From Selaginella moellendorffii (lineage: Eukaryota > Plantae > Lycopodiophyta): a DNA stretch of 64,000 nt. The stretch is taken from NCBI RefSeq assembly GCF_000143415.4, contig NW_003314263.1:4095628-4159627 (forward strand), written 5' to 3'. The position numbers were made by a program, and so were the translations under genes. The notes under the pieces were generated by a model that was given only the letters and a program-made list of their open reading frames with translations, did not search any database and was not told the DNA's origin. Shown here one piece after another: positions 1-10,890 of the stretch; position 1 is the first letter of the stretch, and the number at the start of each line of letters is the position of its first letter.

Positions 1-999
1 TCCAAAAGTATAGTAGGGATATAGTAGGGATAGTGAGGTCTAGGAATCAATCTTGAAAAAACTCTCCAATGGTGCTTCCAAATTGACTTAAAGTTGAGAC
101 TAGGGCTTAAAAGCCTTAGGCGGGAGAGTGAGCATGGACTCAAGTGGTGTTAGAGGGGCCACCTAAGGAAATGCTCAAGAGTAGCTCCCACTCCCAAAAG
201 GGAAATTGATTACAATGCTCTCGACTCATATGAAGTGGTGCCCCACTTGAGTACCTTATGCCTCATTAATCCTTACCCTTCCTAGAGGTTTAGGCCTTCC
301 TTTCAAAATAGAAATGGGGGAATAAAGGTACCCATATCAGGTTATTTGGCTATGATGTTTTCTTTTGGTGTTCTGAAGTAAATATTGCACCCAAGGCTTG
401 GGATTTATAGAGTCTTATAATCAAATTTTATTATAACAAAGGATGTTAAAAATTTGGAAACTTAGTGTGTTTGGCTACTTATCCTTGCAGGGAGTATAGC
501 CGAACCTTAAGTCCAGTCTAACCCGGGGAGGGGGATTGAGAGAGAATTTGGGAATTTGTGAATGGATGGTTAACACTTTGTTGCTCATGTAGTGAGTTGT
601 TAAAACCAAATAAAAGTTAGTACAATAGACAAGAACCTTGGCGAGGGAACTTAATTAAAGCCAAGGCCATGGTGGTCAGATAAATGAAGTAAGTTAGCAA
701 ATTGGGAAGGAAAAATTTGTGGCTTATAATAAACCCTATGCCCATAAACGTACTTCAAATCAAATATAATCATATTTAAAAAAATGAGTACACCATAAAA
801 AAGCTAGCTATCTTATACACGTATATCACCAACTCCAAAGTATTAATTAATAGAGTATTACTATTAACTGTTTTGACAATCTCTTTTATTGCGCCACTAA
901 ATTCAATATATAGAATATTATACTCCCAATTGATCCTTGGCTTCTTGTCATAAAACAATTCCTTCCCAAAAATAACATATGCGCGACCAAGATCCATAA

Positions 1000-2450
1000 C
1001 TTGAAATGAAAGATGGTCAAGAATCCCCTAAACGGTCAAAAGAATATTCAAAGCCTATTCACCATAAACACAAATGCTACATCCATATTACCATAACCAC
1101 CTTGTAGATTACCAAGCTTTTTTCCACAAGCAAACCAAGTTTCTTTACCACTTTGGAACTCAAAAAGTTGTGTGTAGCATTTAGATTGAAAAGACTACTA
1201 ATTGCACTACCCTAAATGTCCCTTTTGGCTTTCACAAGTTAATTGCATATAAAACTATCAAGCTCTATAGAGTTGATATGAACTTGAAATTTAAATTCTT
1301 GAACTTTCGCTATAGATGTGGAAAAGCCACTATAGCAAATGCCTAAACCATATCTATGATGGATTCCACCACATTTAACTTAACATTCTTTAATCTTTTC
1401 ATAAAAAGATAATCCTTGCTTTGATATTTAGCCTTATAACAATAAAAACAATTGCCCTCCACCTTATTTTTCTCTTGTTGGTCTAAACTAAACTTCTTAG
1501 CCTCATTGCTATCTCCATTCTTCAAACCATGACATAATAATAGTTGTTTTTTTCCTGAATATGAAGTATTAGCTAGCTGATCATCACATTAACTACCTAG
1601 TAGACCATTCCGGTAACTAGAGTTGACTGATAGTTTTGGCAAAAAAATCTAAGCGTTAATGATAGCATTAATTAATGTTGCTAGAAAATCCTTCTTAACC
1701 TTCTACTACATATCCACTAAACTTAAACCTTTGATGAAACATTACACTTTTAACAACTCATTATAAGTGTCTAACACAAAGATCATAGAACTTACGAGCA
1801 TATGTATCCAAAGACAAAGTCCCTTACCTAATTTCTAATAGTTGGTTCACAAAATCAATCTTATAAATTTTTTGTCAAATAAAGTCAAATTTTGTCAAAT
1901 TTTTTGTCAAATCACTCTAAGAAGTTGATTTTGGATTAGTTTTGATGTAATTCTTCCACTATGAAAAAGTATAGCTTGTAAATTTCATCATAAAAAAAGC
2001 AATTTTCATCTTATCTTCAAAAGGGCTATGAGACCAATTAACTTTCACCAACCAAGAAATAACCTCTTAACTATCACAAACATTTAGTGATGACTTTCAT
2101 TCCATAATACCACAATCCTCAACATGCTTAACGTACCAATGATAATCACATATATGACATTGATTTAACCCTGAAAGGTTTATGTAAAATAAATAATCTT
2201 TAATTTGATGGAATCCTTAACCTCTTTAATGTTACTTTGAACTTTAATGACCTTGTTACACAATGACATCAATAAAAGTCCCCAAAAGAACACACTACTT
2301 TAATGCCAATGAAACAAACAAGGCTAAGCCAACCTCCCAACCCTATAGGCCATAAAATGTTCTTAGAATATTCTTGTGGTTTGTGTCACTATTGCATTCA
2401 GTCTAAGGCCATCTAACATGTTGCTTGAAGCAAATGTTACTATGTTCTAA
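1000..2450 (-). mobile_element. Decayed Ty1/Copia-like gag/protease remnant in AT-rich DNA
   Basis: Minus ORF 1343-1525 has a degenerate zinc knuckle (GNCFYCYKAKYQSKDY); a protease-like remnant (SLFNLNATHN, cf. W.xDSGATxH) follows near 1170-1200; many stops; boundaries approximate. Confidence 0.55.
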
Positions 2451-2584
2451 CTGATAGCATAGCAGGTGATACATTTTTGCATAGCCTACTAAACTCCTCA
2501 ACAAGGGCTTTAATGACAATCTAGTGCCACCGTGCCCTCTGATAATTTATAGATAAGAAGTGATGAATATTCTTAATTATGATT

Positions 2585-3581
2585 TTAGGGCATGTTGAGG
2601 GTTTTAGTTAGACAAGTCGACAGCGGTGTTCCAGCGTACTCTTCGCTGGTGTAAATCGCAACCTCGGATGGCGAGATGATTCTAATGCCACGGACAGAGC
2701 TCACGAATTCCCTGAAGGAAAGTGCTTGGGTGAGAATTCTGGAAACTGATTATAGAACTTACTCCCAGCGATCGTCCCCTACAAGAAGGATGTCACCGTC
2801 ATTGTCCATGTAAACTAGCTGCCAGTGTGAGCTTTGATCCAGCTGACCCTCGAGACCAAACATCCTGGCTAGCTCGCTTCGCAGCTCTGCGTAGCTGTTA
2901 AACCTTGCGATGTTTAGTGACCTTCCAATGGAACCCAGCTTCAATACCTAGGATCATGAATCGATCCATAAGCAACTCCCAAGCCCGTCATAGCCACGAA
3001 ATTTGAAAGATATTTGCACTTACCTTCGTGTAGGATCGAGGCTTCATCTGTTTGAAGCTGGAAGAAACTCTTTGAGCGTTTTGATCGTGGTGATCTCCTC
3101 GAGCTCCATGAGCTGCACGTCCCTGTGAGCTATACAAGCTTTGCCTTGAAGAGGTAGCACCTCCATCGCCCAGAGCTGGCATCGATGATGACGTAGTTTC
3201 GTTCTCATGGAACTGCGTCTCAAGGAATGGAAATCCAAACGGTTGAGCCTGGGAAGCCGCTGGATGATTCACTGGAGGTTGCAAACTCTTGCCACCGAGC
3301 TGGAAGTAGTAGTGCTGGTGGTGATCGTAGCGAGTTTGAGGCCTAATGCTTTGGAGCTGCCAAGGCTGGAGTAGCCCGGACTCTACTGCATGCTGCGCCT
3401 TGATTTGCTGGAGCAGTCTAGCATCGAAATTCTGCAAGGAATCCACCGCTTCGGGAAGACTACTACTCACCGCCACCGCGGATCCATAATCGCTGGAGGT
3501 GGATGAATTCACTAGAGCTGCTGCGTAGCTGCTGGTCCAGTGATTCCCGGTATAGTTGTGGTCCTCCTTGTTAGAATCCAT
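2585..3581 (-). CDS. ARF-type PB1 protein without B3 DNA-binding domain (ncARF-like); exons 3581-3024, 2947-2763, 2711-2585
   Basis: GT-AG splicing gives RSYTK|[55 protein letters not shown]|[17 protein letters not shown], a class-A ARF PB1; Q/S-rich N-part; no B3 exons seen before the divergent gene at 4122. Confidence 0.85.
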
Positions 3582-4121
3582 CTATCCATGTTCTACACGG
3601 CGAAATATCGTCCTCGACGAAGATCCTAGCAGCGAAACGATGACGATTCCACACAAATCAACATCTTAGGAGCTGGAATCCACTCACATTCTCCCTGGAT
3701 AACCTACCATTGCTCGATCTTGATCTTGCAAGCGGCGATGCTAGCGCTGGCCGCGGCGCCTCGACGCATGGAATGCCATGGACATACCGGCGCGATCGAT
3801 CGCGCGCCGCGTCGTCGATCAATTCTTTCTTTCTCGAAAACCTAGCGCGGTGAGGGGGAGAGAAAGAAAGAGCGAGAGCTTCGTCTAGGACGGAAAATGT
3901 CCCATCTGACCGAGAGAGGAAGAGGTGGATATTCGCTCGCCGCCGTACAAGCCTCCTAGGTGATGGTGCCACAAACCATATAAATTTACACGCACTGCTT
4001 GACAAATGTGGAGCACTTGTCGGTGCCGATAGATTTGGCGGCAACTTGCCCTAAAAGCCCCTTTCAAAAAGATGCGCTGCTAAAACCCCGAATATCCACA
4101 AATATTTTAGGGTTTATTGAA

Positions 4122-5573
4122 ATGATTCTCGAGAACACGTGCATCTTGCTCCACGGCGATGGCGCCCTGGCGCTGGAGCGCTCCAGGATCAGCAGCGGCG
4201 ACATGGAATCCGGCTCGGTGCTGCTGCGGATGATCGCGGCCGAGGTATGTGGCACTGACGTTCATCTCAAGCATCGCCGCCTTGATACCGTGCCCTATCC
4301 GATCATCCCCGGGCATGTTGCTGTGGGGCGAGTCGTGGCCATGGTTGGCTCGGTCAGGGACGTGGATGGAATGCAGGTAACCACGGATGTTTCACCCGCA
4401 TTCTTGTTATTTGCGATGATTTTTGCTAATCTTTTGGGCTATCAGATAGAAGAGGGAGCAGTGGTCACTTACTTGGACGTGATCGACACTTGCAATTCTT
4501 GCGTTTCATGCCTGGTACATTTTTTCTTTTCTTTTTGTTTGTATCCCCATTCGTATTTTTTTGGTTCTCGCTGTTCTATTGCTCTTCCAGGTGGACAAAG
4601 AATCCACTCGCTGTCCGAAAAGACGTGTCCTGGGAATCACTTGCCGTGCGGATCCTCGCGACGTAAAAGGCCTGTTAGGTGGCTGGTCTTCTCACATTTA
4701 TCTTCCTCCCAATACCAAAATCATACGTTTGCCAGAAGTTCTTCCTCCTCGGGTCTTCATGGCTGGAGGATGCGGGTACGTTTTTGTGCTTTCCGCTGTA
4801 ACTTTTGACTCGTCGATGTGCTGCTGGATAGGCTGCCGACTGCTTTGCATGCGATCGAGCGAGCTGGTATCAAGCTCATGGACCGTGTTCTAGTCCAAGG
4901 ATCCGGCCCTGTTGGCTTGCTGGCAGCTCTCCTGGCACGTCTGAGTGGAGCACTCCAGGTACTTTCAAGCTCCACCTTCCATGTCGAGCCCATCATAAAA
5001 ATCCCGATGGCATCACAGGTGATCGTGACGGGGGCTCCGGAACATCGCTTGGAAGTAGTGAAGAGATTCGGGATTGACTCTACAGTAAACATCGAGGTGA
5101 GAAAAGTAACCACAGAAAACAACATCTGTGATTAATGATTTTCCTGTCTCCTCCAGAAAGCGGCACCAAGTGAGAGAGTGGCTATAGTGCGGGATTTGAC
5201 AAACGGCCGAATGGCGGACGTGGTGATTGAAGTGACCGGACGGCCCGAGGCCATTCCCGAGGGGATGAGCTTCTGCCGAGACGGTGGGACTTACGTTGTG
5301 GTGGGGCAGTACACGAACAACGGAGACGCTGTCGTCAATCCCCATCACCTCATCAACAGGAAGCATCTCACGGTGAAAGGGTGCTGGGGGTCGGACTTTA
5401 GCCACTTTTACAAGGGAGTCCAGCTCATGGCCAAGCACGTCGATCTGCCTTGGGACTCGGTCATCTCCCAGACGGTGAGGCTTGGGGATGTGGAGAAGGC
5501 GCTCCTACAGGTGGAGAAGCTGGGCATTTTCAAGGCGCTGGTTGAGGAGCCCGAGGCCGAGAAGGCGTCGTGA
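4122..5573 (+). CDS. Zinc-dependent MDR alcohol dehydrogenase, 6 exons
   Basis: EVCGTDVH and PGHVAVG catalytic Zn region, TCNSCVSC...TRC structural Zn, GGCGLPTA, QGSGPVG NAD motif; five GT-AG introns join the ORF pieces. Confidence 0.9.
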
Positions 5574-5771
5574 TCGCGTTATTGATGACAGAGGCCTCCT
5601 CGCTCGGGGACACGATCTGACAGGAGGAACCCATCGACTTGGAAGTCACGGTAAAGAAAAGCTTGACTTTGATGGGAGAATCGCTCTCGTCGTATTCACA
5701 GCTCTCGTGGTGGCACTGTTATGGATTGGCGAGATCTTCCTCGGAGTGGAACTCTTAAATTTTATCTTCAA

Positions 5772-5855
5772 GTGCCACGTCACTATAGTATATACTAATG
5801 CCACGTCACCCGCTAAATGCCACGCCACCATTTAATTAGTGCCCCACGTCATCCG
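5772..5855. promoter_or_regulatory. Four GCCACGTCA-like (TGACGTGGC, bZIP-type) motifs
   Basis: gccacgtca at 5774 and 5800, gccacgcca at 5819, cccacgtca at 5843. Confidence 0.5.
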
Positions 5856-6310
5856 TTAAATTTACTTTATCCACTGGTATATGCTAATGAAGGTTCTTTT
5901 TTGAATTTTAGGTCTGGGAAGGGTGGTAGCGTGCGAGAGAGAGGGAAGAGGGTTTTAGGGTTTTGATGATCGAGGGAATGGATAGCGCCTGGCTGTGCGG
6001 GCGCGATGTCGGTGATGGGGACGAGTTTAGGGTGCGATAATCTGCAGCGCGCGCTGAGGTAAGATCGCTGCGAAACCCTGGAGCGATGTCTTGATCTGGT
6101 CTCCCTCTTGCAGCGCCAGTGAGGGATTGTTGTCTAGGATGAGAGGGAATCCACAATGCGGCGTAGGGAATGGCATGGAGCATTGTCCAGCATGTCAGGT
6201 GAGAGAGATTTGGAACCCTTGCTTCTTTCTCTGTATCATATGCTTATGCAAGTTTCCTTGTTGTGTTCTTGACAGGACGATGAAGAAATCCCTGTTAGGA
6301 CGTATGTAGG

Positions 6311-9300
6311 ATGACCAACAGTGCTTCACTCGGGCGCAATGGCTGTCCAACTCGAACGAGCATGGAGAACATCAAGCAGCCAAAGTATGGATATGCCCGT
6401 GCAAGAGGAGAGCTCCAGCGTGGTGGCTCACGGGCAAGATCACACGAAGCTCAAGCGTCTCCGTTGCCCAAGAGCCCACAGCACCACCATCACTCCAAGG
6501 TTTCAAAGGCGAAACGCATGCGTTTTCTCACGAAGTCGGACAAAGGCTGGAGTTGGCTGTCGGTGCAAATGCGTGACGTTGCCTCGGAGGTTAAGATGGG
6601 AATGGCCAGGAAGGGAGAGCTTCCACAGGAATTGGTGCAAGCACTCTGGGGCCGTCAAGGCCCCGGGTCGTGTTGCAAGGGACAGGAAGCACTGCTTGAT
6701 CACAAGCTCGAGAAGAAGCTAAAGCCCAAGGGAAAAGGAAAGCCAGGACGTAAGCCACAGAAGCCTGACACCAGGGTCTATCCTGACGAGGATGATAAAG
6801 TTCTTGAGGATGATGCTCCAAAGGTACGTTTCTTTTCTCTTGTTCTTTTATGTTATCTATACAGCGGGCTGATCGACAGCATGTGATGCAGACACGCAAA
6901 AGTAGGCAGAAGAAAATTCCTGAAACCTTGATGGACGTGCTGCTGGCAAAATGGGTTTATTTTGACCATTCGCATGCGGATGTGTCGCAGGTTCGCTCGT
7001 TGTTTTTTTTTCTGGCTTGCTTTACATATGGTTCAGTGCTTGCTTTATGTCACAGGTTGATAAGCACATCCACGCAAAGTATTGTGAGAATGCTTTTGGT
7101 CACTTCCTTTTCCCCGATGGCCGACAAGTTCATGGTTCTTACAGCGTTCCCTTGAGCTACTTGGTTCAAGAGCTACGGAAGCTGCTGACACACCTCAGAA
7201 GCAAGATTGTCAACACGCATTACAAGGTACGTAAACAACTCTTTGTTACTCGTGGTTCAATGCTTTTCATTTTTACAGGATCTGCCTATTTTCAGTCCGC
7301 CAGAGCAACAAATCCTACCCGAGTTTGAGCCTCCAGAAATGAAGCCTTTGCCACAGCTGTATCCCATAGACGGCCTTCTTTCCATTCCAACCGAAGAATC
7401 CGAGGGGATTGGTCCTACCCTTGAGCTCCCGGTCTTTGAAGCCCCTGTTCCCAAAGAACTTCCTGCGCTTGATTTGCCACCCCCTCTCCGCGTCTCACCT
7501 TTGAAAATTCCGCCTCAGCCAATCTTTCTGGAAGATGAAAACAGCATCGACAGAACCTTATACAAGGAAGATCCTCTGCCAACTTACTATGCCCCTGAGA
7601 AACTTCCTTTGCCTCAATGGGTGGAACCAAAACTTCTCGACTTCCCGAGTGCTCCAATTCCTATGAAGGTTCCAGTTTTACCGATGCCAATTATGGAGGC
7701 CCTTCCGCCATTTGTTGCTCCGATTCCTGAACCTCGGCCTTGTGAAAAAGCCTACTATGCTGTCGACGAGAGCTTTGGTCCCTGTTGTTGCGAGGGGAAG
7801 TGCATGCCAAATGTCGACATGTATGCTAGGAAAGGCAAGCCTTGTCAAGCCAAGCCGAGAGCTCTCCTTCCTTATCCAGAGTCACCTTATCCTCTGCCTC
7901 TAGTGTTGAAACCCGAACCCGTTTTCCTACCACCTGTAGGCGAGCCACTTCCAGAATTCCATCCTCCCGCATTGAAAGTAAGGCCAGCTTACGTTCCACC
8001 ACCTCCGCTCGTGTTGCCTCCATGGAAGCCACCTCCAGCTCCGGATCCTATAGGATATCTTGCTGGACAGAGGCCTATATTCCTTATAGACGCCAGTGGA
8101 ACCATGGCTAAAGGAGGTATGAAAATGGCTCATGACATCCTGGCTGCGGTTTTTTCTCCCGGGGGCCAGGTGAGTATGTCACACATTGGCTTTTGATCAA
8201 GTTAGTTACTGAGTTTGCTGATGTTTTGCAGGTTGCCATAGCAGCAACTCATTTCGACATTATCATGTACTCGTTTGATGCCTGGAGTTACGCTTCCATG
8301 GAGAACTACAGGCTGTACAAACAAAACACCAGAAACACTGCGTCACCCCGGTTCTGGAGTCCTCAAGAGGTGAGAAATGGTATTTTTCTGTCATTCTGCT
8401 AAACGCAAGGGAACATTCAGGCAGGCAATGATAGAGAAAACGCCTGCCAGCCTTGAGGAGGCGCTGAACTGGGCATTGCGTTGGGGAGCAGGAGGCCCAA
8501 CGAATCTGCTGAAGGCTCTCGATGTTTCTTTTAGTCGGAGCTTTTGTGATTGCATATATCTTCTCACTGATGGAAAGCCAGACAAGCCTGTTCTGGTATG
8601 GTTTCTCTTTTGTTGCTTTAGAAGTTTATTTGACATTAACTATTGTCATTGTCTCAGGTGATGCAACAAATCAAGAAGCTTCTAAAGATGCAAGGCGCTG
8701 TCACCCCCCTGTACACAGTTGGATTGGGAACGACGAAGTATGGAGAACGTTTCCTGCAGAGGATCTCCGAGCTAACTGGAGGCGTTGTAAGACATGTCGA
8801 CCGGAATTGGGCAACAAAACCGCCGCCAGTGTCAGGGGTGGCTCTGGAAGACATGCTGTGGGCTAAATCCATCATAGAAGGCGAGCAACGGAGGAACATC
8901 GTTCGTGGTATAGTTGAGACGATACACGACCTTGAGGAGAAAGTGAGGCTACGTTACGACAAGGAAAGAAACGCACCTCGGCTAGCAGCTTATCAGAAGA
9001 ATCAGAAGAAAATGGAGGAAGACTACGAGGCGCTTATAAAGTCAATTGACGAAGAGAACGAAGCATTGCTAGCGGCTGCAAAGAGGAAGTACGAGGACGG
9101 CTGCAAAGATATCATTGCAAGGAACATGGTGCTGCACGACTTTGCCAGGGAGAAGTGGTTGGAGGAGTGCCGGCGTGTCGAGCAGCTGAATCAACGCGCT
9201 GTAGAAGAAATCGAGAAATGGAAGCGCCAGGTGAAGCACATTGACGAAGAGAACGCAAGGCTGGCAGCCGAGGCCAAAAAGCAGTACGAGAAGGACGTGA

Positions 9301-10619
9301 AATGGGTGGAGGAAATGAACGCGCTCAGTCTGAAGCGAGCAATGGAAGAGTACGAGGCCGATTGTCTCAAGAAGAAAACAGCATTCGAGTTTAAAGTCAA
9401 GGAGACCGAGAGGCAACAAAAGGAGATGGAAGAGACAGTCGCGACCAGGAACAGGATCAACCAGGAGAACCACGCAAAAATGGTGGCCGAGATCACTCAG
9501 ACGAACAAAGAAACAACAGAGAAAGCTCACGCGGATCACGCAGCGAGGGTGGCGTACATCGAGTCGGAAAACGCGCGCATCAAAAAGGAGTCGGAGGACG
9601 CATTCCAGAGCACCTACGACAAAGTAAAGCTGGAAAACGCTCGACGAGTAGCGGCTCTCAAACAGAAGATCCAAGACCTCAAAGAGAACAAGGAGAAGAC
9701 GCTGTCGACTTACAAAGCAGAGCTCGCAGCAGCCATGGCGGAGCACGAGGCACAGTCCAAGAAGTTTGCCAAGCTCAACCAGGAGACCGAGGAGCGCGCA
9801 AGGGCGAACTGGAAGCTGGCGTGCGAGGCAGTGGCTGCCGAGAACATGGCGATTGCAAAGGCCGCAGTGGAGGAGTACGAGCGGCAATCCAAGTTCGTTC
9901 ACGAGCAGAACATGAGGCGAGCCAGTCAGATAGCAGCAATGCTCAAGAAAAAGGCGGAGGTGGAAGCTCAAAACGAGGAGGTGACGAGGGTGAAGAAGAT
10001 CCAGTGGAAGGCGGCCTGCGCACAGGCGGAGGTCGACTACGAGATGGATGTAACACGGGCGAAAGAAGAACACGAGATGCTCTCGCTGGAGGTGAATGCC
10101 AAGAACTCGGAGGCTTTCCAGGAGGCTCTGCTGGAACACAAGGCAAAGGTGGCGGCGGTGAAGAGCTACAACGAGACTATCCGCCCGTTTGTGGAGGCGT
10201 CCATCCTCGTCAAGGCGGAGATAGCACGCGTGGAGAAGTTCATTCGCTACATCGGCAATGCGTGCCTGGATCCAAACCGCAAGTCCACGGACACGGCGTC
10301 GGATCTAAACGTGCTGGGGAAGTCCGAGCAGGGAATGGAGACCAAGATCTTGGTGGAGGCGCTGCAGGAGGCTTACAGTACCAAGCGCGAGGGTGGTGAC
10401 TACGTCCAGAGGCCCAGTTTCTACTCGGGCAAGGACTTCTCCGGGATGATACCGATCCATCCGCCTCGAGCACCACAGCACCACTGCCCGGACTTGGATG
10501 GCCACGTCCGGTTGAAGGAGCTGGAACTGGAGAGGTTGAGGCTCGAACTAGAGGAGATCAAAGCCGAAGAGGAAGCCAAGATATCCAAAGAGAAGGACAA
10601 GCCGCTCTTCAGATTCTAA
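6311..10619 (+). CDS. VWA3-like vWA protein with long Pro-rich insertion and C-terminal coiled coil; about 7 exons, start uncertain (6311 or 6362)
   Basis: IFLIDASGTM MIDAS strand, GGPTNLLKAL, CIYLLTDGKPD, RFLQRISELTGG; Pro-rich exon 7279-8169; E/K/A-rich heptad region in last exon 8658-10619. Confidence 0.8.
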
Positions 10620-10890
10620 CACTTCGACCAACAGGAAAGAAGAAAAAGGTACCTGGCTCGAGGATTGTGAATACGACCGTGTACAGGGCCACCATCGTGT
10701 ACAGAAGAGAGAAACAACGTTCCAGTTTTGCACGGCACATAGAGATCATCTGTAAGTTTGAGAGAAAAAAGTGTTTCGTTTTTGTAAGTTCTTAGCTAAG
10801 TTTCGGCTCTACTTATTTTTCGCCTCAAATGTGTAGAGCTTACCAACAAAAGAGAGAAAAAAAACCGGAAAACTATGTACAAGGCTCGTG

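Noticed and set aside
525-545. PPT-like ggggagggggat followed by TG (possible LTR start)
   Set aside because: No second LTR copy or matching end in the window; orientation opposite to the gag remnant
3999-4121. N-terminal extension of the dehydrogenase ORF
   Set aside because: Starts at TTG; includes promoter-like sequence; eukaryotic start is ATG 4122
9069-10139. 356-aa antisense ORF; similar ones at 22473-23363, 33456-34175 and 39878-40723
   Set aside because: Shadow ORFs opposite GC-rich real exons
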